The notes beneath the pieces were generated by a model. The model was not told the DNA's origin. It searched no databases and saw only the letters and a list, made by a program, of their open reading frames with translations. A stretch of 64,000 bases of DNA from Pseudovirgaria hyperparasitica (Eukaryota): the NCBI GenBank assembly GCA_010093815.1, contig ML996565.1. One strand, 5' to 3'. The position numbers and the translations under genes are program-made. Below, one piece after another: positions 49,153 to 59,377 of the stretch (positions are counted from its first letter, which is position 1; each line of letters starts with the position of its first letter).

Positions 49153-50199
49153 TCACACCAGCTCCGTAACCAGCTTCCCCTGGTTCTTTCCTTCAAACAG
49201 CCCCAACCACGTCTCAGGAATCTGATCAAAGCTCGCCTTCACGACCGTCTGACTCTCCTCGCCAACCCTAATCTTGCCCTCCTTAAGCGCCTTCATCAAC
49301 ACGCCCCTGCTCTCCTCAAACTGCTTCATATGATCAAATACAATGAACCCTCTGATCTCCAACCGCATGCTGACAATCTGGAACCAGTTCTTAATCCCTG
49401 CAGCCTGGTCTCCAGCGTTGTAGTTCGCAATCGCACCACACGCCGCAACACGCCCATATCGCGCCATACGCGACAGCAGAAAATCGAGTATATCCCCACC
49501 GACATTATCAAAATATACATTCACGAAATCGGGCGTCAGCTTCACCAGCTCCTGCTGCCAGTCCGCAGTCTTGTAGTCCACGCACGCGTCTGCGCCGAGC
49601 GACTTGACATAGTCGCACTTGGCCTGCCCGCCCGCAATGCCAATCACCGTCTTGCAGCCGATGATGTGCTTCGCGATCTGCACAACCATATTACCTGCCG
49701 CGCCCGCCGCGCCGCTGACGACAACCACGTCGTCGGGTGATGCGCGCGCAATCTCCTTTGTGCCGTAGTATGCCGTCAGGCCCGTCATGCCGAGGCTGCC
49801 CAGGTAGTGGGTGATGGGCAAGCCGTTTGGCAGAGGCGGGAGAGGCTTGAGGGCGGCAGCATCTTGTACGCTGTACTGGACCCAGCCGACGCCGGCCTGG
49901 ACGATGTCGCCTGGGTGGAGGTGTGCGGCTTTAGACTCGATGACTTCGCAAAGGGCGCCGGCGCGCATGACTTCGCCCGGGTGTATCGGGGGTACGTATA
50001 GGCGCGATTCGTCTTCATACTTGTCGATCCAGCCGCGCTGGGCGGGGTCGTTGGAGAGGTAACGGGTCTTGAGTAGAGCTTGGCCGTCGGCGAGGGAAGG
50101 GAGGGTGGTGGTGACTTCTTTGAAGGTTTCGGAGACGGAGGGCACGCCGCTTGGGTTAGAGGCGAGGAGCCATTGCTTCGTGGACGAGGGAATCGACAT
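49153..50199 (-). CDS. NADP-dependent alkenal/prostaglandin reductase-like oxidoreductase (Zn-independent MDR)
   Basis: YLSNDPAQRGW, LGMTGLTAY, VSGAAGAAG, YFDNVGG, ACGAIANYN, GKNQGKLV. Confidence 0.92.
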   Translation of the reverse strand: MSIPSSTKQWLLASNPSGVPSVSETFKEVTTTLPSLADGQALLKTRYLSNDPAQRGWIDKYEDESRLYVPPIHPGEVMRAGALCEVIESKAAHLHPGDIVQAGVGWVQYSVQDAAALKPLPPLPNGLPITHYLGSLGMTGLTAYYGTKEIARASPDDVVVVSGAAGAAGNMVVQIAKHIIGCKTVIGIAGGQAKCDYVKSLGADACVDYKTADWQQELVKLTPDFVNVYFDNVGGDILDFLLSRMARYGRVAACGAIANYNAGDQAAGIKNWFQIVSMRLEIRGFIVFDHMKQFEESRGVLMKALKEGKIRVGEESQTVVKASFDQIPETWLGLFEGKNQGKLVTELV

Positions 50200-51269
50200 G
50201 GTTTAATTGTATGAGGTGGAGTGATATTGTGTAGTCGGATGGCTGAGGGTTATGGTAACAGGATCGCACCGGGGGGATATATATCCTGTGCGTGGGTCTA
50301 ATCAGTAAATAGAAAGCCAGTATGAGGCGTTGTAGCTTACAAATACGTTTGCTGGTCGACAATTGAATGGAAATGGTGCACTGATATTGATGTCGGGCCA
50401 TGTAGATTGGAACATGGGGATGTGCCTCAAGCGGGCATAGTGTCTAGGTAGACCATCATGCATACGTCAATGAGCCCGCATTGCCGGGACTCAGCACGCA
50501 AGGAGCCATAAAACCTTGTTTGCACCCAATTGGCATCACTGTCACTTGCCTAAGCTTCCGCTCGGCTGTGGTGATGTTGCGACGGTAGCGGATGTCAAAG
50601 TCGAAGTCGAAGTGTCTAGAAATCCCACGGGGATGGATGGTGCGTCATGTGGGGCCCACTCGCGCCGGAACAGCTTCTATATCCAGATGCTTTGCCGCCG
50701 CTAAACACAGCCGAACAGGGGCATGGTCAAAGTATGTAAGATGTAGATTGGAGGAAGACTTGTAAGAACACAAGGCTTCAATGCTGTTAACTTGCGGTTG
50801 AGAGCCGGACTAGAACTAGAAGCAGGATGGATGTGAAGGTAGACGAGCTGTGTAGCTTCACGGGCAACAACCACCACTACTAAGGAGCTTGACCTTTGCG
50901 AGTCCTCCATATACACAACTGACCAGAGCCCTGTTGTGAAAACAAGCAATATGTAAATCATACCTTACACTGCAGATCAGATCTTACCGTTACGCCACAA
51001 TACGAGCCCAGCCGTTGCACCGTTGCAATAACCCAACAGCCCTCTCTGCCCCCTGATGGATCGCCGGCCCACCCATCAAATGCGGGCCGTTCCATTAAGC
51101 TATTTTTGAATAACAGTATTGTCTTTGTCTATTTGGCTTACAGCTCTATATGACAGTATCCTTATACTCATAACCAAATGATTTGTTCCACAAATATCGA
51201 ACTCCCTCTCATGCGAACAAGAGTACAACCATACTTGTGTTCACCGAGTCACTATGCCAATCATTCGTT

Positions 51270-52902
51270 TCATGCCGTTAACGCTGAGCTCGCTCCCAAA
51301 ACAGCCATACCCATGAACGCAAATAGGAAGCATAAATCGCGACTATGCCCGAGATCCAACCCTTCCGAGAAGAGTTGCAGTGCTACGGATGCCATGATGC
51401 CCGCTGCAAATTGTTAGCCGGACTCCTTTTTCGTCTCACACAGAACAGCACGGAACATGGGAAAGGGACTCACCAGTAACAGCAAACATTCCTCCATACA
51501 CCCCGTCCCCAATCTCAACTCCCTCCTGACCGCCCGCCGCCCAAAACCAAACGGCCGCAATCCCGGCACCCAGCGGCTGACTCACGCCTCCCAGCAAACT
51601 ACTCCAAAACATAGCTTTCCAACGCGACCCGATCGCCAAGTACAGGGGCAAAGCCATCGCAAATCCTTCAGTAATGTTGTGTATGAACAACGCTAGAAAC
51701 ACCGAAACGCCCAGCTTCGGATTTGCATGGTTTGTGGCGTATGTTATGAAACCTTCCGGCAACTTGTGTAGCGCGATAGCGATGGAGGTTTGCAGGCCTA
51801 TGGAGAGGAAGGCGTTGGTGGGGACATGGTGGTGGTGGCTACTTTCGCCCATTTGGGCAATTTCATGGTCATCGGCGTAGTCCTGGGTGTAGGACTGGGA
51901 GAGACTTTTATGGATTGGTTGATCGTGCGCAGGTAGCAAGGGCGATGTCTCGCTGACGTCATCTAGAGGTGGTGGTTGGCTGCCAGACACATCCGTCCCC
52001 GGTTTGCGCAGTGTGCTATGTGCAGCAGACTGTACGGAAGCTCGAGTGCCGCCACGTGCTTGGATGTTGCGGAAGCAGTCTGTGCCGCAAGGTCGCTCAG
52101 AAAATCCGAAACAGGCATCGTCTTCGTCGCAGGAATCGGTGTTGGAGATGAGCTTGGACATTTTCGAGGATATAAGTTGCTGAAGAGAGGGACGACGGTC
52201 AAGCTGATGCTGTTGTTCTGTATCTCTGTGGGCAGATTCAGAGGGAGTCGCCGTGCCACTTTGCGATACGGAGACAGTGCCGGAGATGGGAAGATAGGAT
52301 TCGGAGGCGGCCATTCGAAGTGCGGATGGTCGAGAGGAGTGGTGATGCGGTTGGCTGTTATGGCCGTGGTTGTCACGATCGTGAACATATTGGTCTTCTA
52401 CCTTCACATCCTCGTCTTCGTGCGTATGGGCGCAATCGACGACATGTGACGGAATATACGAATGCAATATCTTGGAGATGATCTGAATGCCGATGACACC
52501 TCCCAGGAAACACGCTATCAGCACCCACGCCGCAGCTTTCGGGGACAGGCCGCCTTTCTGCAACGACGATTTTGCTGAAGGAAGCATGCTGTGTAGTGAC
52601 GAAAATATCTAGTTGGGTCAGTATGCTAGACAGGCTATAGTACCAACAGTCCACTCACCATGACCCCAAAACTCAAACTCAGACTCGACGACAGAAAAGC
52701 GTTACTATCTTGTATCCTGAAACCCTTCTTTCCCGGAAACATTCGCACTATAACGTCGACACATATAATCGATGCTATGCACGATCAGATTGGCACGTGC
52801 CCACATGATTCTCTATGAAACAGGCATCTTACCTCCAAATATGCATGCAACACCACTCAAAGCGGTCATAATCCATCCGCGAGTATCATTAGGAACGACC
52901 AT
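51270..52902 (-). CDS. ZRT3: ZIP-family zinc transporter, Zrt3-like; 3 introns
   Basis: SLSLSFGVM, His-rich loop HHHHVP, GLQTSIAIALHKLPEGFI, FIHNITEG, GGVSQPLGA. Confidence 0.85.
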
Positions 52903-53551
52903 TTCAAACACCGCAGAGGCCCGCGCTCTCTGTCGGGATCTTTTTCCAAAGACGTACTTCCGTTTTAGGCGCCGCTGGGGACTGGAACTGGACCCACGAT
53001 CCTCTACCGAATAAAGATAAGAAGGGCGTCCGCTTGTTCCAAAGAACGCGGATGGAGTATATAACAATGATCACGGTCAAAGGCGGTGACGACGAGAGCT
53101 CGAGACAAAGAAGCCTGACTGACTGGTCGAATTCTCTGTTCTCTGTAGGATCCCGAGTAGGCGGCTTCAGGCTCGCCCTCTCCCTTCTCGCTCCTCCCTC
53201 TTTGGGCTGAGAGTACCCTGCTGGATGCAAAGTGTGGCCGTGCACCGACATCTACAGTACGTAATCATGGCTGAGGTCATTCGTATTGGTCACGGGCATC
53301 GCCGGTCACTCGGGCCCAGATCGGAACTGTTGCCTGCTGAGATAAGGCCGCACTAAGGCCGGAAATGAGGCTGAAATAAGGCTGGACTAGCACGCCACGA
53401 GAGCGTTCTCAACAGTCTTTTGCACTCCACGCGCTCACCAGTCCCTGTTCATATGCACATAATCGGGCCTTCCATCATATCACACGCGACACTCTGTATG
53501 CCAAAGCCGCCATTTGCCTTTGGAACGAGCGAGCCTACCTTTGAATCTACG

Positions 53552-53585
53552 CACGTCACGTCACGTCACGTCACGTCACGTCACG
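53552..53585 (+). repeat. (CACGT)6.8 pentanucleotide array
   Basis: Perfect tandem copies. Confidence 0.95.
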
Positions 53586-53696
53586 ATACTACGCTCATGT
53601 GTCCAGCGCATCTTTACATTATATCTACTCGAGGCATGTCTGATCCAGCATCTACGCCTACGGTTGTCCCATAGATCAATACACGTACACCATGCT

Positions 53697-55869
53697 TCAG
53701 AAGTCTTGTGACGATGGTGCTGACGGCTCGATATTCTGAACCTCCACCTTCGCCTCCTCCCAGGATGCCTGATTCCGTCGTGCCCAGTCAATGTGACATC
53801 GTGCAAAAGCAATCTAGTGCCGTCAGTATGTTCAAAGAGCTCACCGTAAAAGATCATGACTCACCATGTAACGTCGAAGATCGTCTTCCTTGTCCAGCTG
53901 AAATCGTTTGAGATCGTTCATCACGCCAGCGCTTGCGTCCTTTGTATCCTTTTTCGTTACTTCGAGAGCCTCTCCCAACTATCGTCACATTAGCCTCCTG
54001 CTCCTTCTCATATCAAAAGCATGTTCAGACTTACATTCGTCAAGCTTTCCCGCGTCCTTGTGATCGAGTCTCTTCGCGATTTCTCAGGATCTGCATCTAC
54101 AATCCCTTGAAACGCATGGTTGATGCGCCCAAATATTTTGTTGGTGACAAAATTTCCACTACCGCTCTTTCTATGATGTGGAGGTGACGATGGCTCTGAG
54201 ACTGGTAGACCTTGCGATGCTGTTGGCGGAGGATATGCATCTCCGTGTGTAGGTGGGAAGTCTGAGTCGATCGAAGCTGTGTCGTCTTCTCTCCACTTAC
54301 GTTCTGGTGTGGATCGTTGGGAGGATGATGATAACGATCGTCTTGGTGGGCTGCCATATCCGGACAGGTGCTGTTCAATGCGCTTCGCTTCTTGCTCGCT
54401 CGATTCTAGCTGTGTCAAAAGAGCTCGCTTCTTCTCCAGCTCATCTTTGGTCATCTCCTCTTGCACCCTCTTCAGGATTCGATAGCGCAGAACGTTACGT
54501 ACAACTCCCGCAAATTGTGCGCTTTCGCGCATTGGCTCGGCAAAGCTTGCGCTCAGCGACGAGGAAAGTTCAGTGGTCGCGATGTACGTGGAGTCGACTG
54601 CCTGGCCCACCTTTTCAATCGCTGCAGCCAATGTTTGAGACTGTTCCGATAATGAAAATCCATTGTATCTTGCGCCGAGCTCTGCCATATCTTCTCCTAG
54701 CTGACTGAGATGCGTTATCAACCTCCTGTTAGATTTTTCCATGCTTCCCTGCATGAGCTGCTCCAGCTGTTTGGAAGACGTTTCAAAGTTTACAAAGTAT
54801 GGATCTAGTTCTTCTTCCGACAGTTCGCGTGTAGTTGGCGGAAATCTTCCGAATATTTGCGGTCCAGACGTACTGTGCGCTGCGGCGGATGGCAAAGCAG
54901 CGTGATCAGGTGGACCGACAGGAGTACCACTTGAAGAAGCTTCGCCTTGCGTTTTCAGCTTGGAATTGGCCGAGGGGATTGGGAGATGCGCATGACCTGG
55001 GGATGGGTTCGCGGGATCCAATGGAGGCGCTTTGAGAATGTTCTTGGGGATACTCGAGACAGGATGCGAATGAAGGACCTCGCTCTGTACAAAAGTCAGC
55101 CACAACAGAAGACAAAACTGCGGGACTACTTACCCAGCTGGCATTAGGGTCCAGGAACTTCCACCATACACCATCCTCTCGAACCTCGTCCATCCGCCGG
55201 CATCTATTGAGGAAGACTGCTAGCATACGTTTCCGGAGCTCGATTATCCCAGCATCTTCTTTTGCTTTTGTAGGCTTAGCGGCGTAGTCGGCCATAGAGT
55301 GTTTCTCTGGGATAGGAGGGATTATGAGAGTGGGGTGCAGATTGACGAGTGTCTGTCTTAGAGATGCGAATTCAGAGTATCGTCGGCGTACTTCAAGGTC
55401 CTATCAACGGGGTTAGTTATCTTTACTTATATGGCTGTAAATGTAACTAAGTACCCCAGTGCGAATTGTGTACGTTATGAAACTGCCTCCACTTTCTGAA
55501 TTCTTGCCAGCATATGTGATGAGGATGGGTAGATCAGGGTTCTCGTAGAGTATTTGCTCGATGCGACTGTTGTAGCCTCCACGCTTGGGTTCTCGACGTG
55601 TGCTAGTAGCGGCTTCGTCCTCCTTTTCGTCTTCATCACCAATCGGTTGTGATATGAACTCGGGTGACTCCTGACGCAGAGAGGAATTGCCTGACGGCGG
55701 GGTGGAGGGACGTCCAAAACCGACTAGGGAAGGCTGTATCAGACATCATTCCAACAAAAGACCGTGTAGAGATTGACCTACGTGCATCAGGTGAGACTGC
55801 AAGGTCTTGATCTGGCCTTGAATGGCGCTCAAATGAGCCATATGGGTTGTTGTCCTCATCGTCCCACAT
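53697..55869 (-). CDS. SNX41: PX-BAR sorting nexin (Snx41/Atg20 family); ~5 introns
   Basis: MWDDEDNNPY start, VRRRYSEF, IIPPIPEKH, RKRMLAVFLNR (PX); ELGARYNGFSL and helical BAR; ends SWEEAK..QDF*. Confidence 0.88.
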
Positions 55870-56642
55870 TGCGGGGCCTAGGCTTATTGCAACTAAGAAA
55901 GCTGGAGGATCGTCTAGGGTGTTGGCCGAGATAATGCACGCTATAGAAAGAACGCTTGATGTTGACCGAAAGTTTCAAAACGCGTGAATGTACAGAGGGA
56001 TGGAGGATGAGAGAGCGTGTATGGCTGCATGCGGAGCAGTCGCAGTGCAGCTTCCCATGGCTAGGTGACGTTAGCTTTCGCACGGACCACTCTCCATTGA
56101 TTGATGTGGCCTAAGGCCTTAAAGTATGCGTGGAGCTCATTTTGATTTTGCATTCTAACTTCATCTTCTCTCACGAGTCTCACTGATTATCTACTGCTAA
56201 GTCGAGCCGTACCAAAGCAAAAAGCTGATACTATCTGAGGGACTATCTCATACCAATAAGAACATTCAGCAAGGTTTTGGTACAATCTCATCGTTGTCGC
56301 ATCCATTCTCATACATTAGTCGTCTACTATCTCCTTTCCGTCATGATTCATTTCCTATACGTGATTTGCCTAATATCTCTGTTAATGCAATTGATATCTT
56401 GAACATCATGGTACGATCAAACTATTCGAAAGGTAAAAATTTCATTCCATGTGTTGCGCTTTCTACCGTAATCTTACCTCGAAAGCTTGATTACCACGCA
56501 AGACAAACCGCATGTCACCGTTCACCGCGTGTGCGCGTAGACCTCGCAAGCACTCTCCACCACCATTACCCTCAGAAGTCCGTACTGTGGCTGCCCTTTA
56601 TATTCAATTCGATTGAAAGGACTTCCAGTTCCCACACTTCGG

Positions 56643-56738
56643 GGCTGCTTGGTATAGTGGTCCCACAACGTGGATAATAAATCAGTTCGCCTGGTTTTCC
56701 GTTGAGTACCCAGTTCAATTCTCGGGTCAAGCGTTTTT
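56643..56738 (+). pseudogene. Degenerate intron-containing tRNA-Gly-like / Pol III element
   Basis: A-box TGGTATAGTGG, stem CAACG/CGTTG, T-arm CCCAG-TTCAATT-CTCGG, T5 terminator; acceptor and D stems broken. Confidence 0.6.
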
Positions 56739-56889
56739 GTTTTAAATTTTTTGCTCCTTTCCATATATGAAATTCAGTCGTTCTTGCATTTTGCCTCAAT
56801 TGAGTAACGATTAACGGGCACAGCAAGTGGGCTACAACTTATAGAAACCATGAATACGATGTAGGTATTCTTACAGAGTGACCAGCCGA

Positions 56890-57699
56890 TTAAGCTCGAC
56901 CGGTATATACGGGCCTTCTCATTGTATTCCGGCTTATTGGTGTCATCTTGCCCCGCGGTATCATGCGTGGCAAACGACCCATTGCAAGACTTGACTGTCT
57001 CATTCTGCCCATATTTCGCGGGTGCTCTTCAGGGGAGTCTCTTTCAGGAGAGTCTCGAAACCTAACAGCCTTCGGTGCAGGAAGTAACCGGCGCGATGCT
57101 GACAATCGAGGTATGTTTTCTCTCTCCAACATGGCCGGCATCGTGGCGCGTCGCTGTGGGACTGGTCGTGTTCCTTGAGCATGGCATTGATAAACATCAT
57201 CATCTGCCTTCCTCTTACCGTTTCTCGATGAAACATCAGCGGAACGTGTCATCTTTGACCTGTTCTGCCCCCTCCTGGGACTCTCACCGTCACTGGAGCT
57301 TGATCCAGGTTCTGAAGAATCGCCACTCGACGACCCGCCACAAACACCATCAGAGCCACTGCATGATGAAGACAAGTCAAACAGCTCCGTAATCTGCGGC
57401 AGTATCATATCAACGTGCGTCGCCCTCGGCGCAGTCTTTTCTCCGGCTTTGCTCCCTGCCACGGGCGGTGCGTATCCCTGCCGACGAGAAGTGCGCAGCG
57501 GTCGGACGGGCGTAAAGACCTTCGAAGGAGGGCATGGAAGCACGTAAGGTACGACGGGCAACTCGTAGACTGCTACCTGACGGCGGTTCTTCTCCTCAGC
57601 GCGATCCTGGCGGTGATGTCGTCGCCGATCTTTATAAAATGCATACGCGCCGAAACAATCCAACACGAGACTGATAACTCTGCGCACAGCGTTCTCCAT
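56890..57699 (-). CDS. Hypothetical basic, Ser/Arg/Pro-rich protein
   Basis: ATG at 57699 within a 316-codon open frame; no family recognised. Confidence 0.5.
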   Translation of the reverse strand: MENAVRRVISLVLDCFGAYAFYKDRRRHHRQDRAEEKNRRQVAVYELPVVPYVLPCPPSKVFTPVRPLRTSRRQGYAPPVAGSKAGEKTAPRATHVDMILPQITELFDLSSSCSGSDGVCGGSSSGDSSEPGSSSSDGESPRRGQNRSKMTRSADVSSRNGKRKADDDVYQCHAQGTRPVPQRRATMPAMLERENIPRLSASRRLLPAPKAVRFRDSPERDSPEEHPRNMGRMRQSSLAMGRLPRMIPRGKMTPISRNTMRRPVYTGRA

Positions 57700-58038
57700 A
57701 TTTGAGAACGAATAAAGGTGGAAGAAGGAGAGTAGAGATGAATGTGAGTTGGGGCAAACAATATGGTTATCATCTATGCTCACATATTGTTTGCTCTTTT
57801 TCTGCGCGCAATCTCGTACACCCTCATACAAGTAGAACACAGTAACTTTGCCGCCTAGTTAAAATCCGGCACTATAATCGCGTTCTCCTTGCGTACACTC
57901 CTCGTAATGCATATCATTCCCCTGCGAGCAAACAACATCCCACCGTCAGGACCGGCCAGGTTGTACAGCCGCTCCAATCTTAACCATATCACAAGTGATC
58001 CGCACAATATCTCACACTCTCCCAATTTCCCTTCCTTT

Positions 58039-58188
58039 CTACGTAGTAGCAGTCTCCCTCTCCTCCTCTCTCCTCACTAGCAACGCCTCGATATTCTTCC
58101 TCAGCATCTCCGAGCACCACCACGCCATCGCCAGCATAAACGCCACGATGAGGAACAGCGCGAGAATGACGCCGTCGCGGGTCTTCAT
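58039..58188 (-). CDS. Candidate 49-aa single-pass membrane microprotein
   Basis: MKTRDGVILALFLIVAFMLAMAWWCSEMLRKNIEALLVRREEERETATT; below ORF-track cutoff. Confidence 0.35.
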   Translation of the reverse strand: MKTRDGVILALFLIVAFMLAMAWWCSEMLRKNIEALLVRREEERETATT

Positions 58189-59377
58189 TCCGTCAGGACT
58201 CTGATCGAATCCCAGGTCTAGACAGAGGTGGGTATGCAGAAAGACGGACGCGAGGGTGCAATAAGTGTGGGTGCGTCAGTCCGGTGCAAATATTAAAGTC
58301 GAGGAGGCAGGGAATGGGGATCTTGAAGTCTTCTTTGGCAGGCCTGGAGTTCAAGGATTTCGTGATTGATTGGGGTGCATTCGTCTTGAGGGTTGGGATC
58401 TTGTTTGGTCGTGTCTAAGGGGTTATTAAGAGCGCCTGGAAGGGGGGACGAGGATGCGGACCGATGATAAATACGGTAAGCACAATCAAGAAAGTTTTTC
58501 GAAATATATTGGTGGCAATCAAGGCGAGTATGTTTGCGAGGTGAGAGAGCGGCTCTGGGGTTGGAGATGTTTGCTGTGCGCTTTGCATTCACAAAGTGGA
58601 CAAGATGACGAGCAGCGAGGTTGTTGGTGAACAGTAGCATGATCTGTATGACAACAGTACGGTCTGGATAACACGGGAAAGTCAGGGTCACGGTGATCAC
58701 GTAAACAAAGCCTTTGTTCACTTTGATTCTGAAATAAACCACACAACACATTGTGACTTCGCACAATGTTCATTATGGTATGTGATATCTCCATCCTAGC
58801 TCATGGAGCTAGAAATGTGGCTGGATGCATCCTCAGTAGGCTTCCCTCTCACACGTAACAATATGATACATGAATTCCTTCTCCACGCTTCCCTCCCAGT
58901 AAGAGAAGTGCACACTTAATTCAAAGTCGAGTGTGCCATTGAGATACACTCTCCCACATGGGTCCCGACGTGCGGACTTGGGAAAGACGCTCCCATATCA
59001 CCCAAGAAGTGAAGATGCGACGCAAAGAAACGAACATGAGAAAAAAGTGTATCATCCCATTTGCGCCGATTTTCGTGAGATGTCGTTTACCGAGTCCAAC
59101 GTCCATCACGAAAATCATTGGTTCGTTCCATTCCATGCCATTGCATCCCTTTCAGCAGTACGTGCCTCCCTTATTGCATTGTTGATCCAAGTGTGCGGCT
59201 GCCCAAATGGCTATGTGTTCGCCGATAACGCCGCGCTCGTAAGTCTCGCTCATCTATGCTTTCCGTTACATCTCGGACCTCGCGATCTCCCCACCAAAGT
59301 CAGATTGCCGCAGGCACTGGAGCTTAGGCCATTTTAGCATTGGGCAGGAATAGCTTTTTGTGTGTACCACAATAGCA

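Noticed and set aside
49087..49740. 217-aa plus-strand ORF
   Set aside because: Antisense to the oxidoreductase; shadow ORF
1750..52902. Two ZIP transporters as a metal-homeostasis cluster
   Set aside because: About 48 kb apart, different subfamilies, unrelated genes between; no Zap1/ZafA-type site recognised
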